Virus record (IMG/VR): IMGVR_UViG_3300036865_000084
DNA length: 64,000 bases
Reading direction: 5' to 3' (one strand)
Source: an uncultured virus (IMG/VR IMGVR_UViG_3300036865_000084)
Taxonomy: Duplodnaviria; Heunggongvirae; Uroviricota; Caudoviricetes
How positions within the stretch are numbered: position 1 is the stretch's first letter; the number at the start of each line of letters is the position of its first letter. Shown in pieces: positions 33,504-42,415 of the stretch. Both the position numbers and the translations under genes were made by a program. Under the pieces are notes generated by a model. It did no database searches. It saw only the letters and a list, made by a program, of their open reading frames with translations, and was not told the DNA's origin.

Positions 33504-33652
33504 TACTTCGTTTCTTCTCGCTTGATCAGCATCCGCAGCACACTCGCCACCGTGAGCCCGTAATGATCGGCGACGCGCTTGAACAAGCGGTGCTCCTCTT
33601 CACTGAGCCTGAGGGTAACGACCACGCTGCGAGCTTTCTTTTTCGCAGCCAT
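33503..33652 (-). CDS. Small ribbon-helix-helix regulator (49 aa, absent from ORF track)
   Basis: MAAKKKARSVVVTLRLSEEEHRLFKRVADHYGLTVASVLRMLIKREETK. Confidence 0.7.
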   Translation of the reverse strand: MAAKKKARSVVVTLRLSEEEHRLFKRVADHYGLTVASVLRMLIKREETK

Positions 33653-33732
33653 GGTTGATGTATAGCCGTTTCAAGCGACTAGTCAAGAGAAGCGCAATTG
33701 ATTTTGGCTCCGCGTTGTCGCACCATAAAGGC

Positions 33733-34185
33733 ATGATCATCGCGAAGGGATACGCCGTCTCGTTCGAGATGAAGGACGGCAGCGACGTCGACGCGCCTCG
33801 TTCCGCGGCGATGCTTCACGACGAGAAGGGCAAGCACTGGCCGAAGTGCTCGATGCTCATCATGCCGTTCCGTAAGGGCGGCGCCGCTGTCGAGATGACC
33901 GGCGATGAAGCCGACTACTTCGGCGGCGACTACGACGCGCGCCAGGGCAGCGTGACGCTTCCGCCGAAGCCTCTCTCTGAGTGGACGTGCCTCGGCGAGG
34001 TGCACAAGATCTTCTACGAGCGGCCGGGCAAGCACCGCGGCCTCTTCAAGCACGAGTTCGGGAAGCGGCGGCTCGTCGGTCTCTTCAAGACGGGCAAGGC
34101 GACGCTCTACAAGCGCGGCAGCGCGCTGCGCCTCGAGCTCGGAAAGAGCTGCATCGCCGACGCGCGCGGAATCGTCAGGCCGTAG
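33733..34185 (+). CDS. Hypothetical protein
   Basis: Clean ORF with typical codon use. Confidence 0.6.
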   Translation: MIIAKGYAVSFEMKDGSDVDAPRSAAMLHDEKGKHWPKCSMLIMPFRKGGAAVEMTGDEADYFGGDYDARQGSVTLPPKPLSEWTCLGEVHKIFYERPGKHRGLFKHEFGKRRLVGLFKTGKATLYKRGSALRLELGKSCIADARGIVRP

Positions 34186-34408
34186 CTGTCTCCGACGGCG
34201 GCCGCCCGCGCCTTCGCACGCCGACGACTCCGAGTTCGCGAATGAGCCGTTGAAGATGCGTGCGCCTTGCGCCCGCGAGACGCGCGGCTTCGGTGAGATT
34301 GCCGCGCGTCTTCTTGAGGAGCGCCTTCAGGTACTCGCGAGTCCACTCGTCGCGCGCCTTGCGGCGGCCTTGCGTCAACTTCGTCTCGAGGAGTTCTTCG
34401 TCGCGCAT
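34175..34408 (-). CDS. Stand-alone Fis/NtrC-type HTH protein
   Basis: REYLKALLKKTRGNLTEAARLAGARRTHLQRLIRELG. Confidence 0.75.
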   Translation of the reverse strand: MRDEELLETKLTQGRRKARDEWTREYLKALLKKTRGNLTEAARLAGARRTHLQRLIRELGVVGVRRRGRPPSETATA

Positions 34409-34650
34409 CCTAGGGATGCCTCAATTCTGGTTCGAGTGCCGCCGAAACGCTAGATGCGTAAAACGCCAGAAAATAAAGGCGCTGACGCGATCACAAATCG
34501 CGCGGTACCGTTTGAAGCGCGGTGCTCGACTACCTCGACTTGCTCGCCAAGAACAGAGAGTCCGCACCAGAGCATGCGGCGGTGCCGGTGCTCTATGCGA
34601 AAACGAAGAAGAAGTCGAAGTCGAAACCGACTCGCACAACGGAGAAGAAG

Positions 34651-35826
34651 ATGGCCCGAAAGCGCAAGAAGGCGTCGCGCCCCCGTCGTCGTGATGGCAA
34701 GTTCGCCAAGGTGCGCCGCAAGCGCAAGTCGCGAGCCGGTGAAGAGGCTCCGCGCCGCCGTCGGCGTCGTCGGGCGCGTCGGGCGGCGGCTGTGACTCCG
34801 CGTCGGCGCCGTCGGCGTCGGGCGCGTCGCGCAGCGGTTGCTCCGCGGCGTCGGCGCCGCCGTCGGGCGCGCAGGGCGGCCGCGGCAGCGCCGCGTCGTC
34901 GACGTCGTCGTCGGAGCCGCGCGCGTGAGGTGCCGCATCAGGTGCGGCGCAATCGGCGCGGCCGCTTCTCGAAGAGCGCGCGTGCGCGCCGGGTCGGCAC
35001 GATCAGCCACGAGGCCCCGCGCCGTCGCGGCCGAAGCCGTCGCCGCCGGAGCCGCGAGCGCTACGCGATGGAGAACCCGCTCAGAGGGATGGAGCTCTTC
35101 ATCGGCGGCGTGACGATGCTGACGGGGGCCGGCGTCGCCGATCTCCTCGATCGGTTCCTCGCTACGCACCCGCTTCAGGTGAAGGACGCGGCAAACAACC
35201 TCTACGCCGATCAGCCGCCGACCGACGGCAACTACAAGGGCATGTTCAACGGTGCCGCGGTCGACGCGCCGATGGACATGAAGCGCTGGCTCGCGGGCGG
35301 CGCGGTCGTGCTCGTGCCGTTCGCGGCGTCGGGCTTCGTCAAGTCGGGCGCCGGCCGAAGCGCGCTCCAGCTCTTCGCCTTCGGCGCGCTCGTGCGCGTC
35401 GCCGGCAAGGCTGCGCGGGACGGCATCGCCGCCCTCCTCAAGAAGAACGCCACGGGCCAGCGGCTCTACATCGACGAGATGAGGGCGGCGGCCCTGAAGA
35501 AGGGCGACGGCAGCGAGGCCAACCTCGTCGCCGCCGGCCTCGGCGCTCCGTACCGTCAGCTCCCCGCGGGCGTCGGCGGGTGCGGCTGCGCCAACTGCCG
35601 GACCGGACAGGGCGCGTGCTGCGGCAAGATGCAGCCGGCGCCGGCTCCGGCCCCCGCCCCGGCTCCGCAACCGCCGCCGGCCCCGACGGGCCCCATCGGC
35701 ATCTCGCCGCCGCAGTTCGTTCCGGGCGGCGGTCACCCGCTGCCGTCTCCGAACCCGGGCGTCAGCGGAGCTCCGCTCCGTCAGCGCCCCCCGATGATGG
35801 GCGGGTTCACTCACCCCGACGACTGA
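34651..35826 (+). CDS. Arg-rich protamine-like protein with TM segments and Cys/Pro-rich tail
   Basis: GGAG RBS; about 135-aa Arg-rich N-terminus, hydrophobic helices, CGCANC..CC. Confidence 0.75.
   Translation: MARKRKKASRPRRRDGKFAKVRRKRKSRAGEEAPRRRRRRRARRAAAVTPRRRRRRRARRAAVAPRRRRRRRARRAAAAAPRRRRRRRSRAREVPHQVRRNRRGRFSKSARARRVGTISHEAPRRRGRSRRRRSRERYAMENPLRGMELFIGGVTMLTGAGVADLLDRFLATHPLQVKDAANNLYADQPPTDGNYKGMFNGAAVDAPMDMKRWLAGGAVVLVPFAASGFVKSGAGRSALQLFAFGALVRVAGKAARDGIAALLKKNATGQRLYIDEMRAAALKKGDGSEANLVAAGLGAPYRQLPAGVGGCGCANCRTGQGACCGKMQPAPAPAPAPAPQPPPAPTGPIGISPPQFVPGGGHPLPSPNPGVSGAPLRQRPPMMGGFTHPDD
34750..34926 (+). repeat. Four 45-48 bp coding repeats (PRRRRRRRARRAA-like)
   Basis: Units start at 34750, 34798, 34843 and 34891, with synonymous codon variation. 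Confidence 0.85.
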
Positions 35827-35896
35827 TTTTCGAACGCGTGGCGCCGGCCCTTAGGATAGAGACCACCGGCGCCTCGCAGCAAAGGAAGACGCGATC

Positions 35897-37366
35897 ATGG
35901 CAACCCGTGGAATCGAACACCCCCTCGTCAAGACCCGAGGCGACAGCCGCTTCAAGACCACCTTCAAGCAGCTCGATCGGCCGAAGCAGGAGACGCCGCG
36001 CGTCGTCGGCATGGGTCGCTCGCAGCTCCCCTCGAACGCCGGCATCCAGGCGATCCGCACAGCCGCCGGCGTCGGCGTCGGCGCCCCGCTCGACCTCGAG
36101 AAGATCCGCAAGGCGGAGAACGCCCGCACCGGTCTCGGCGCCGCGATCGACTTGATTCGCGACGCCGTCAACTGCCCGATCTGGAACATGCCCACGATCG
36201 AGCAGACCAAGTGGACGTTCGAGGGGCCGATCCCCGACTCGTGCGTCAAGCGCTACTTCTGCGACGAGATCGATCTCTTCGGCGTCGGCAAGGGCAACGA
36301 CTGCGCCGACTACGTCGAGACGACACTCGCGCAGCCGGGCGAGACGCAGACGCACATGCTCGTCTGCGGCGTCGGCTTTCACATCTGCCCCGACCCGCGC
36401 AACTACACCGTCAAGGGCAACGCGTGGACCGCTCCGCAGAGCGGCGAAGCGCAGCCGCCGTCCCCCGACGTCTTCACGGTCAACGATCGCGTCAACGGCG
36501 CGCTCGGCTCCAGGCTCGCGGGCGCGACGCCGACCGAGATCATGCTCCCGGCCGTCCTCGAGTGGGGCAACTGGGCGCACCTCGTCGCGTGGCACATGGC
36601 GCGCGGCTACAACTACCGGTGGCGGATCGGGCAGCACACGAACCTCATCGACACGCTGCTCCGGCACATCGCCTACACGCCTGCGAGCGGCATGAACGGC
36701 AGCTCGTCGAGCTCCGAGGTCGACGTCCTCTACGACGTCCGCCGGACGAACGACCGCTACGAGGCGTTCGGGTCCGGGCTCGTCTTCCTCAAGCAGAACC
36801 GCGTCCGCGTCGGCTCGATCGGCTCGGGCGGCACCGGAGCCGCGCTGACGGCCACCGGTCCCAACATCGGCGTCTTCGCGCCGAGCCGCGACGACGAGCT
36901 CACGGGCGTCACCTTCGGCGGCAACGATCTCGGGCACGCGCTCAAGATCAACCAGGAGTTCTTCCGGATGTCGATCCCGGCCTGGATCAAGGCCGGCATC
37001 CCGTTCGGCATCTTCGCGCAGGAAGCCGACTGCTCGCACGCGGAGCTCATGCGCGCGTACCTGTCGATCACGCAGGGCTACCAGACGAGCATCCCGCCGC
37101 TCCTCACCGACGCCAACAACATCAACCCCGTCGGCGACGGCTCGGGCCTGACGACGGTGTCGATCGAGCAGACGCTCGACACGACCCCGAACCTCGTCCC
37201 GCAGCAGGTCGACGCGGTGCGCGCCCTCTTCAAGATGGGCAACCTCGACATCGCGCAGGTGATCAAGGGCTTCGAGGTGACGGACGACTGGTACACCCAG
37301 CTCGCCAATAACCCCGATCTGCGCGACGTCATCATGTGCGAGTGCGGCTGCCGCTGGCCGGGATAA
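35897..37366 (+). CDS. Candidate major capsid protein (489 aa)
   Basis: Strong RBS (AAAGGAAG), very biased codon use, beta-rich, central in the structural module. The fold cannot be verified by eye. Confidence 0.5.
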   Translation: MATRGIEHPLVKTRGDSRFKTTFKQLDRPKQETPRVVGMGRSQLPSNAGIQAIRTAAGVGVGAPLDLEKIRKAENARTGLGAAIDLIRDAVNCPIWNMPTIEQTKWTFEGPIPDSCVKRYFCDEIDLFGVGKGNDCADYVETTLAQPGETQTHMLVCGVGFHICPDPRNYTVKGNAWTAPQSGEAQPPSPDVFTVNDRVNGALGSRLAGATPTEIMLPAVLEWGNWAHLVAWHMARGYNYRWRIGQHTNLIDTLLRHIAYTPASGMNGSSSSSEVDVLYDVRRTNDRYEAFGSGLVFLKQNRVRVGSIGSGGTGAALTATGPNIGVFAPSRDDELTGVTFGGNDLGHALKINQEFFRMSIPAWIKAGIPFGIFAQEADCSHAELMRAYLSITQGYQTSIPPLLTDANNINPVGDGSGLTTVSIEQTLDTTPNLVPQQVDAVRALFKMGNLDIAQVIKGFEVTDDWYTQLANNPDLRDVIMCECGCRWPG

Positions 37367-37375
37367 GGCCGGGCC

Positions 37376-38035
37376 GTGAACGACACTCCCCAGAAGTCGC
37401 CGCGCCTCGGAATGGGGTGCGGCGACGGCTCTCTCGGGCCGCTCGAGGCCGGCGTGTGGGCGATGCTCGCCGCCGGCTCTCCGCGACTCGCGCTGGCGAA
37501 GGCGCTCGGGGTGCCTCTCGCGCCGTACCTCATCAACGTGCGCGCCGAGTTCCCGGACGTCGACACCGCGGACGTCCCCGACGTCGGGAGCGACGTCAAG
37601 ATCGTTCAGGACACGCTCATCGACGCGCTCGTCGTGCGCCTCCAGAACGACAACACGCCGGAGAACGTCTTCCAGCCGCAGTCGGACTTCTACTTCGGCT
37701 TCCAGAGCGGCATCGAGGCGACGCTCGACGTGATGGGCGCGCCTCGTTACGGCGTGGCGCCGAAGTTCACGCCGCTGTCGACGCTCGCGGACATGGTCAA
37801 CGGCAACAGCCATTGGCCCGGCGGCTGGGTGCTCACGTACCAGCAACAGCTCTTCATGAGCTTCCACTCGCGCGTCACGCTTCCGGCGGCGCCGTACGAG
37901 GTCATTTGCACGTTCCGCGGCTGGTGCCCCATCAACGAGATGTTCGTGAGCATGAGCAATCGCGAGGCTCTCGACAGGCTCGCCGAGTGCGGCATCGTCT
38001 GCGGCGACGCCTACCGCCAGATGTATTGCAGGTAA
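37376..38035 (+). CDS. Candidate minor capsid / single jelly-roll-like protein
   Basis: Alternating beta pattern ending EVICTFRGW; follows the capsid candidate. Confidence 0.4.
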   Translation: MNDTPQKSPRLGMGCGDGSLGPLEAGVWAMLAAGSPRLALAKALGVPLAPYLINVRAEFPDVDTADVPDVGSDVKIVQDTLIDALVVRLQNDNTPENVFQPQSDFYFGFQSGIEATLDVMGAPRYGVAPKFTPLSTLADMVNGNSHWPGGWVLTYQQQLFMSFHSRVTLPAAPYEVICTFRGWCPINEMFVSMSNREALDRLAECGIVCGDAYRQMYCR

Positions 38036-38039
38036 GACG

Positions 38040-38930
38040 ATGACGACGCCGGCCCTTCGCTGTCTTCCGGGCGGCTGCGGCGAAGAGCCGGCGTTCGCCA
38101 AGACGGGGTGCGCCTGGGAGGAGCTCCGGCGTCTCGACCGGCATCGTCATCACTACGTCGAGATCGCGTCGACGGGCATCGACGAAGCGCTCCAGGGCGT
38201 CGGCAGCGACCCACGCGGCGGGCTCTCTCGCATCGGCTTGCGCGTGCCGTTCCTTGCGACCCCGGACAAGGACAGCCGCTACCTCTTCATGCTCGCGAGC
38301 TTCACGATCGCCGAGGGTGCGCGCGTACGCATCCGCGGTTATCGCCTCGGCTGGACGATCGGAGCGAAGTTCACGACGACCGCCACCGGCGTTTCGCGCG
38401 TCGTCGAACAAGAAGTGACGTCGCAGTTCTGGCAGCCGCCGAACGCGAACGTGAGCTGGCACCTCCAGCACATCGACGACGGCGAGATGCCGAAGCCGCG
38501 CGGTGTGGGCGCCCCCATCAACAAGCGCGTGCGCGGTATCGCGTACCGCGATTCAACGGCGTCGACCCTCCTCTACGAGTCCATGACGACGGCGTCGCCG
38601 TGGTACGTCAACGCCTCAACGTACGTCCCGCCGGGCAAGGGAAGGCCCCCCGGCGTCCCGCTCGATGTCAACCAGGGCACCTTCTACGATCTGCGCGTGC
38701 CGTGGCAGACGCATGGCGGGTGGCTCGACACGCGCGTCGACGGCCCCGGCAAGATCGCGCTCTACGCGAGCGTGAAGCAGGCGGTCTTCACGGCGTCGCC
38801 GATCGCCGTGCCGTCGCCCGAAGAGACGTTCATCCGCGACGTCGTCAACGCGGACCTCAGCGGCGTCACAACGGCCGGTCCGATGATCTGGCGCGTCGCT
38901 GGCGGTCTTCTTCTGGAGCTCGATCGATGA
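38040..38930 (+). CDS. Beta-rich putative structural protein
   Basis: Position in operon and composition. Confidence 0.45.
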   Translation: MTTPALRCLPGGCGEEPAFAKTGCAWEELRRLDRHRHHYVEIASTGIDEALQGVGSDPRGGLSRIGLRVPFLATPDKDSRYLFMLASFTIAEGARVRIRGYRLGWTIGAKFTTTATGVSRVVEQEVTSQFWQPPNANVSWHLQHIDDGEMPKPRGVGAPINKRVRGIAYRDSTASTLLYESMTTASPWYVNASTYVPPGKGRPPGVPLDVNQGTFYDLRVPWQTHGGWLDTRVDGPGKIALYASVKQAVFTASPIAVPSPEETFIRDVVNADLSGVTTAGPMIWRVAGGLLLELDR

Positions 38931-39340
38931 ATCGAACAGGCGTCGGACAGGGACTTGCGGAGCATCATCGGCTCTTGACCGCCGGCATCCAGCCCCCCGG
39001 CGGCATTCACCCCGGCGGCGGTCAACTCGGCGGCGGCCAAGGAGGCACCATGGATCCTCTCGATCAACTCCAGCAAGCCATCGACAACGCGTTGCCGGCG
39101 AACGCGCCCGAGCGCACCGCGATCGACGCGGGCATCGCAGCGCTGAAGGCGTCTCCCGAGGCCGCCGCGGTTCGGATGGCGCTCTCGCAGTTCTGCGCGT
39201 CCATGACCCCCGTCAATCCGCCCGCGCAGACGCCCGCGACGGGCGTTTCCCCCGGAGCTGCGGCCGGCATCGGCGCCGGCGGTCTCGTCGTCGGCGCGCT
39301 CGTGGGGTTCGGCATCGGCAGAAGCGGGAAGCGGCGATGA
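38927..39340 (+). CDS. Membrane protein with C-terminal TM
   Basis: GAAAGIGAGGLVVGALVGFGIG followed by a basic tail. Confidence 0.6.
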   Translation: MNRTGVGQGLAEHHRLLTAGIQPPGGIHPGGGQLGGGQGGTMDPLDQLQQAIDNALPANAPERTAIDAGIAALKASPEAAAVRMALSQFCASMTPVNPPAQTPATGVSPGAAAGIGAGGLVVGALVGFGIGRSGKRR

Positions 39341-40179
39341 GTTGCTGCGCGTCCTGCGCGCGCGGTGAGCCGTGCGAGTCGCTCTCGGGGGCGGGGCCGT
39401 TCGCCGGCACCCCCGGCTATGGCGACTACCCCGGCGTCGGCTACAGCCCGACGCGGCCGCCGCAGGGCAGCTACAGCGGCGGCTACCACGTGGTGCCGCC
39501 GGAGTACGAGAACCCGCCGCGCAAGGACGTCATGGCGGGGAGCGCGTCCTTCTACCCCCGCCGGCGGCCCGGCGTCGGGCAAGACATGTTCGAGCATCGC
39601 CGTATCGGCATCGGCGACGCCGCCGCCTTCGGCGCGGCCCAACGCGATCTCGCGACGAGCATGGGCACCGTCGTGGCGCAGGGCGACTTCTCGTTCACCG
39701 CGGGCGACTACCAGGCGGCGATGCAGTCGTACAAGAACGCCGGCGCCTACGGCGCGCAGACGCTCGGCCCTGAGATCGACGCCGCCGGCGCACCGAACGT
39801 CACGCAGCCGCTCACGCAGGAAGCCTGGACCCTCAACGACAGCCAGCTCGCGCACATCGATCCGACGACGAACGATCAGAACCTCGCGCAAATGGCGCAG
39901 TCGACGGCGCACAGCATGGTGGCGCTCTACCAGCGCGCCATCGCCGCCGGCATCGCTGCGCTCGGCCAGCCGCAGCCGCCGGCGCCTCCGCAGCCTCCAC
40001 CGCAGCCGCCTGCTCCGCCGCAGCCAGCGCAGCCGGCGCAGACCGATTACACGGTGCCGATCCTCGTTGGCGCCACCATCATCGGCGCCGGCATCGTCGG
40101 ATGGGCGCTCTATACGAAGAGGCCGGCGCGGCACGTGGCGGCAGAGAACCCCGTCCGGCGTCGAAGGAGACGGCGATGA
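39337..40179 (+). CDS. Membrane protein with PQ-rich linker, C-terminal TM and poly-Arg tail
   Basis: MSCCASC start; ends ENPVRRRRRR. Confidence 0.65.
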   Translation: MSCCASCARGEPCESLSGAGPFAGTPGYGDYPGVGYSPTRPPQGSYSGGYHVVPPEYENPPRKDVMAGSASFYPRRRPGVGQDMFEHRRIGIGDAAAFGAAQRDLATSMGTVVAQGDFSFTAGDYQAAMQSYKNAGAYGAQTLGPEIDAAGAPNVTQPLTQEAWTLNDSQLAHIDPTTNDQNLAQMAQSTAHSMVALYQRAIAAGIAALGQPQPPAPPQPPPQPPAPPQPAQPAQTDYTVPILVGATIIGAGIVGWALYTKRPARHVAAENPVRRRRRRR

Positions 40180-40715
40180 GGAATCGCAAAGCCAGTCGCA
40201 GAGCCGATGTCTACCTCGTGCAGCTCGCGGGTGTACGCGCCAGAAACGCGTTCGATGCCGCCGTGGGCCTCATCAACGGCATCCCGAACGGCCAGATTCC
40301 GTTCCCCGCGGTGGCGGCGCCGCTCCAGTGGAGCTACGCGACAACGCCAGCCGGCGGGGCCGCGGCGCAGGTCACGATCCCGTTGCCGCCTTTTTTCCGC
40401 GGTCACTCCGCGCTCGTCGTGACGACTTGGGACGTCACCGATCGCGCTGCGGCAGCGCCGCCGAACGACGTCATCGCGTTCGGAGGCCGCATCGAGGTCA
40501 TGTGCATCGTGTCGGCGGACGGTCATGCGCGCGTCGTTCCGACCGGCGGTGGTCAGGCCAGCGAGCCGGATTCGCTCGTCGGCGACGCCGCGCTCAACAC
40601 TTCGACCTGCACGGTCACGCACATCGGAATCGACGTCACGATCGTCTTTACCCCGCCGGCGGGGTACCCTCGAGCGCTCGACTGGACAGCGCGCTCGGAG
40701 CTGATTCTCAACTGA
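40176..40715 (+). CDS. Beta-rich hypothetical protein
   Basis: AAGGAG RBS and ATGA overlap. Confidence 0.55.
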   Translation: MRNRKASRRADVYLVQLAGVRARNAFDAAVGLINGIPNGQIPFPAVAAPLQWSYATTPAGGAAAQVTIPLPPFFRGHSALVVTTWDVTDRAAAAPPNDVIAFGGRIEVMCIVSADGHARVVPTGGGQASEPDSLVGDAALNTSTCTVTHIGIDVTIVFTPPAGYPRALDWTARSELILN

Positions 40716-40936
40716 AGGAGTCGCGGTATGAACAAGCGTCGACAAGCCCTCACGGCCCTCGCCCTCGTGCGCCTGCGCACGACCGGCATCCACACCGCGC
40801 TCTTCAAGACGCAATTCGTACGGCTCGCGTGGGCGCTCGGTAGCGGCCACGGCACGTATGCCGCCGTCACGGATCACGGGGCAGCGGCCGCGCCTCCGGG
40901 GTGACGCCGCAAAAAAGATGCGCTAGCCTCAAGCGC

Positions 40937-41323
40937 ATGTCGAGACTCCATCTCCTCCAAGATCGCGTCGTCATCATCCAAGACGAAGCCGACTGGGCGG
41001 TCGGTTACATCATTATCCCGGACGACTGCCGCCAGAAGCCGAGCAGGGGCACCGTGCTCCACGTCGGTCCCGGCATGCGAACGAAGAAGGGTGGCGTCTT
41101 CCCGATGCCCGAGGAGCTCGTGCCCGGCGCGCGCGTGACCTATCACCCGTATGCCGGCGAGCACCGAAAGCTCGACGGCGAAGACGTCATCGTCGTGAGG
41201 GACTCCGACTGCCTCGCGGTCGACGTCGACGACGAAGGCAACGTCGTCATCGACGCGGCGGTTGCGGCGCGCGGCGTCCGAGAAGAGTTTCGGCCGCGAG
41301 AGATCGTGGAGGCTGCGGAATGA
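40937..41323 (+). CDS. groES: GroES/Cpn10 co-chaperonin
   Basis: LQDRVVI...IIIPD..RQKPSRGTVLHVGPG...YAG..KLDGEDVIVVRDSDCLAV. Confidence 0.85.
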   Translation: MSRLHLLQDRVVIIQDEADWAVGYIIIPDDCRQKPSRGTVLHVGPGMRTKKGGVFPMPEELVPGARVTYHPYAGEHRKLDGEDVIVVRDSDCLAVDVDDEGNVVIDAAVAARGVREEFRPREIVEAAE

Positions 41324-41598
41324 AAGCGCGTTGGATCTTCGTGTCGGCGGCGCTCGGTATGCTCGCCGTCTCGCTGCTCGCTTGTCCGCAGGCGGTGAAG
41401 ACGGCCGTCGACGGCGGCAACTACGCCGTCTGCATCCTCAACCACTCGACCGAGACGCCTGCGCAGATCGTCGATGACTGCCAGAAGCAGGGCTACAACG
41501 TCGACATCGACATCGTGCAGGCTGTTCTTCTCGCGCACCGCGCGGCGGCGGAGCGGGAGACGAGTCGCGCGAGGCTTCTCGACGGTGGGAGAGACTGA
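41320..41598 (+). CDS. Small lipoprotein
   Basis: Signal peptide ending LLAC. Confidence 0.6.
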   Translation: MKARWIFVSAALGMLAVSLLACPQAVKTAVDGGNYAVCILNHSTETPAQIVDDCQKQGYNVDIDIVQAVLLAHRAAAERETSRARLLDGGRD

Positions 41599-41599
41599 C

Positions 41600-42415
41600 A
41601 TGGAGATCGCGTTCATCGTCATCGATGAGTCAACGCTCACGGGTCCCGAGTTCGGCGGAGAGCTCACCCAGAAGATCCTCGCCGACATCGCCAAGGCGCT
41701 CGACGCCTACGCCAACGAAGACGTCGCACCTGTCTACGGCGGCGGCTACGTCGTCCGTCCAGGGAAGCTCGAAGATGCCGACGGCCACGACACTTGCGCC
41801 GTCCGCATTGTTGACGGCCTTCCGAACGTTCCAGGAGCGGCAGCTCTACACGATCGGACGGATACCGGCGCTGCGATCATTTGGGTCGCCCGAGACGAAT
41901 TCTCGTCCTTGACCGATGGACCAAGCGCGATGAGTGAGGGCATCGGCCACGAAATCGTAGAGACGATTGTGGACCCGGGAGCAAACAGGTGGGTCGACCG
42001 CACCGATGGCACTGAGGAGGCGATGGAGGCGGCCGATCGGCTGCAAGGCTCTCGCTACCAGAAGGGCGGCATCGTCGTCCCCGACTTCCTGCTTCCGTCA
42101 GCGTTCGCGCCAGGTTCATCGCGTCCCTTCTCGAAGCTCGACGCGCTCGGCGGCATCTACGACACGACCATCGACGGCTACGTGATCCTGCGAAGCCAAG
42201 GCGCGATGCTTCAACCGGCCGCGCAGCACGACGAGAATGCCCCGCCGCTGCCGCCTGGGACGCCGAAGCTCGAAGCTGTGCACGTCAAGACGGTCGCCGC
42301 CCACGGCACGGGCGTGCACAAGCTCCTCAACCCGATGAATCCCTACGAGGCCGCGAAACTCGCGAGGAAGCAGCATCCGATCTCGCGTAGCTACGCGCGC
42401 GGCGTGCGCCTTTGA
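41600..42415 (+). CDS. Zincin-like metallopeptidase candidate
   Basis: GHEIVETIVDPGAN...EAAD (HExxE variant). Confidence 0.5.
   Translation: MEIAFIVIDESTLTGPEFGGELTQKILADIAKALDAYANEDVAPVYGGGYVVRPGKLEDADGHDTCAVRIVDGLPNVPGAAALHDRTDTGAAIIWVARDEFSSLTDGPSAMSEGIGHEIVETIVDPGANRWVDRTDGTEEAMEAADRLQGSRYQKGGIVVPDFLLPSAFAPGSSRPFSKLDALGGIYDTTIDGYVILRSQGAMLQPAAQHDENAPPLPPGTPKLEAVHVKTVAAHGTGVHKLLNPMNPYEAAKLARKQHPISRSYARGVRL

Noticed and set aside
35807..38101. 764-aa minus-strand ORF, and similar long ORFs at 4636-6450, 7266-8789, 21673-23064, 47517-49223 and 61948-63390
   Set aside because: Antisense shadows of real genes, caused by high GC3; no motifs.
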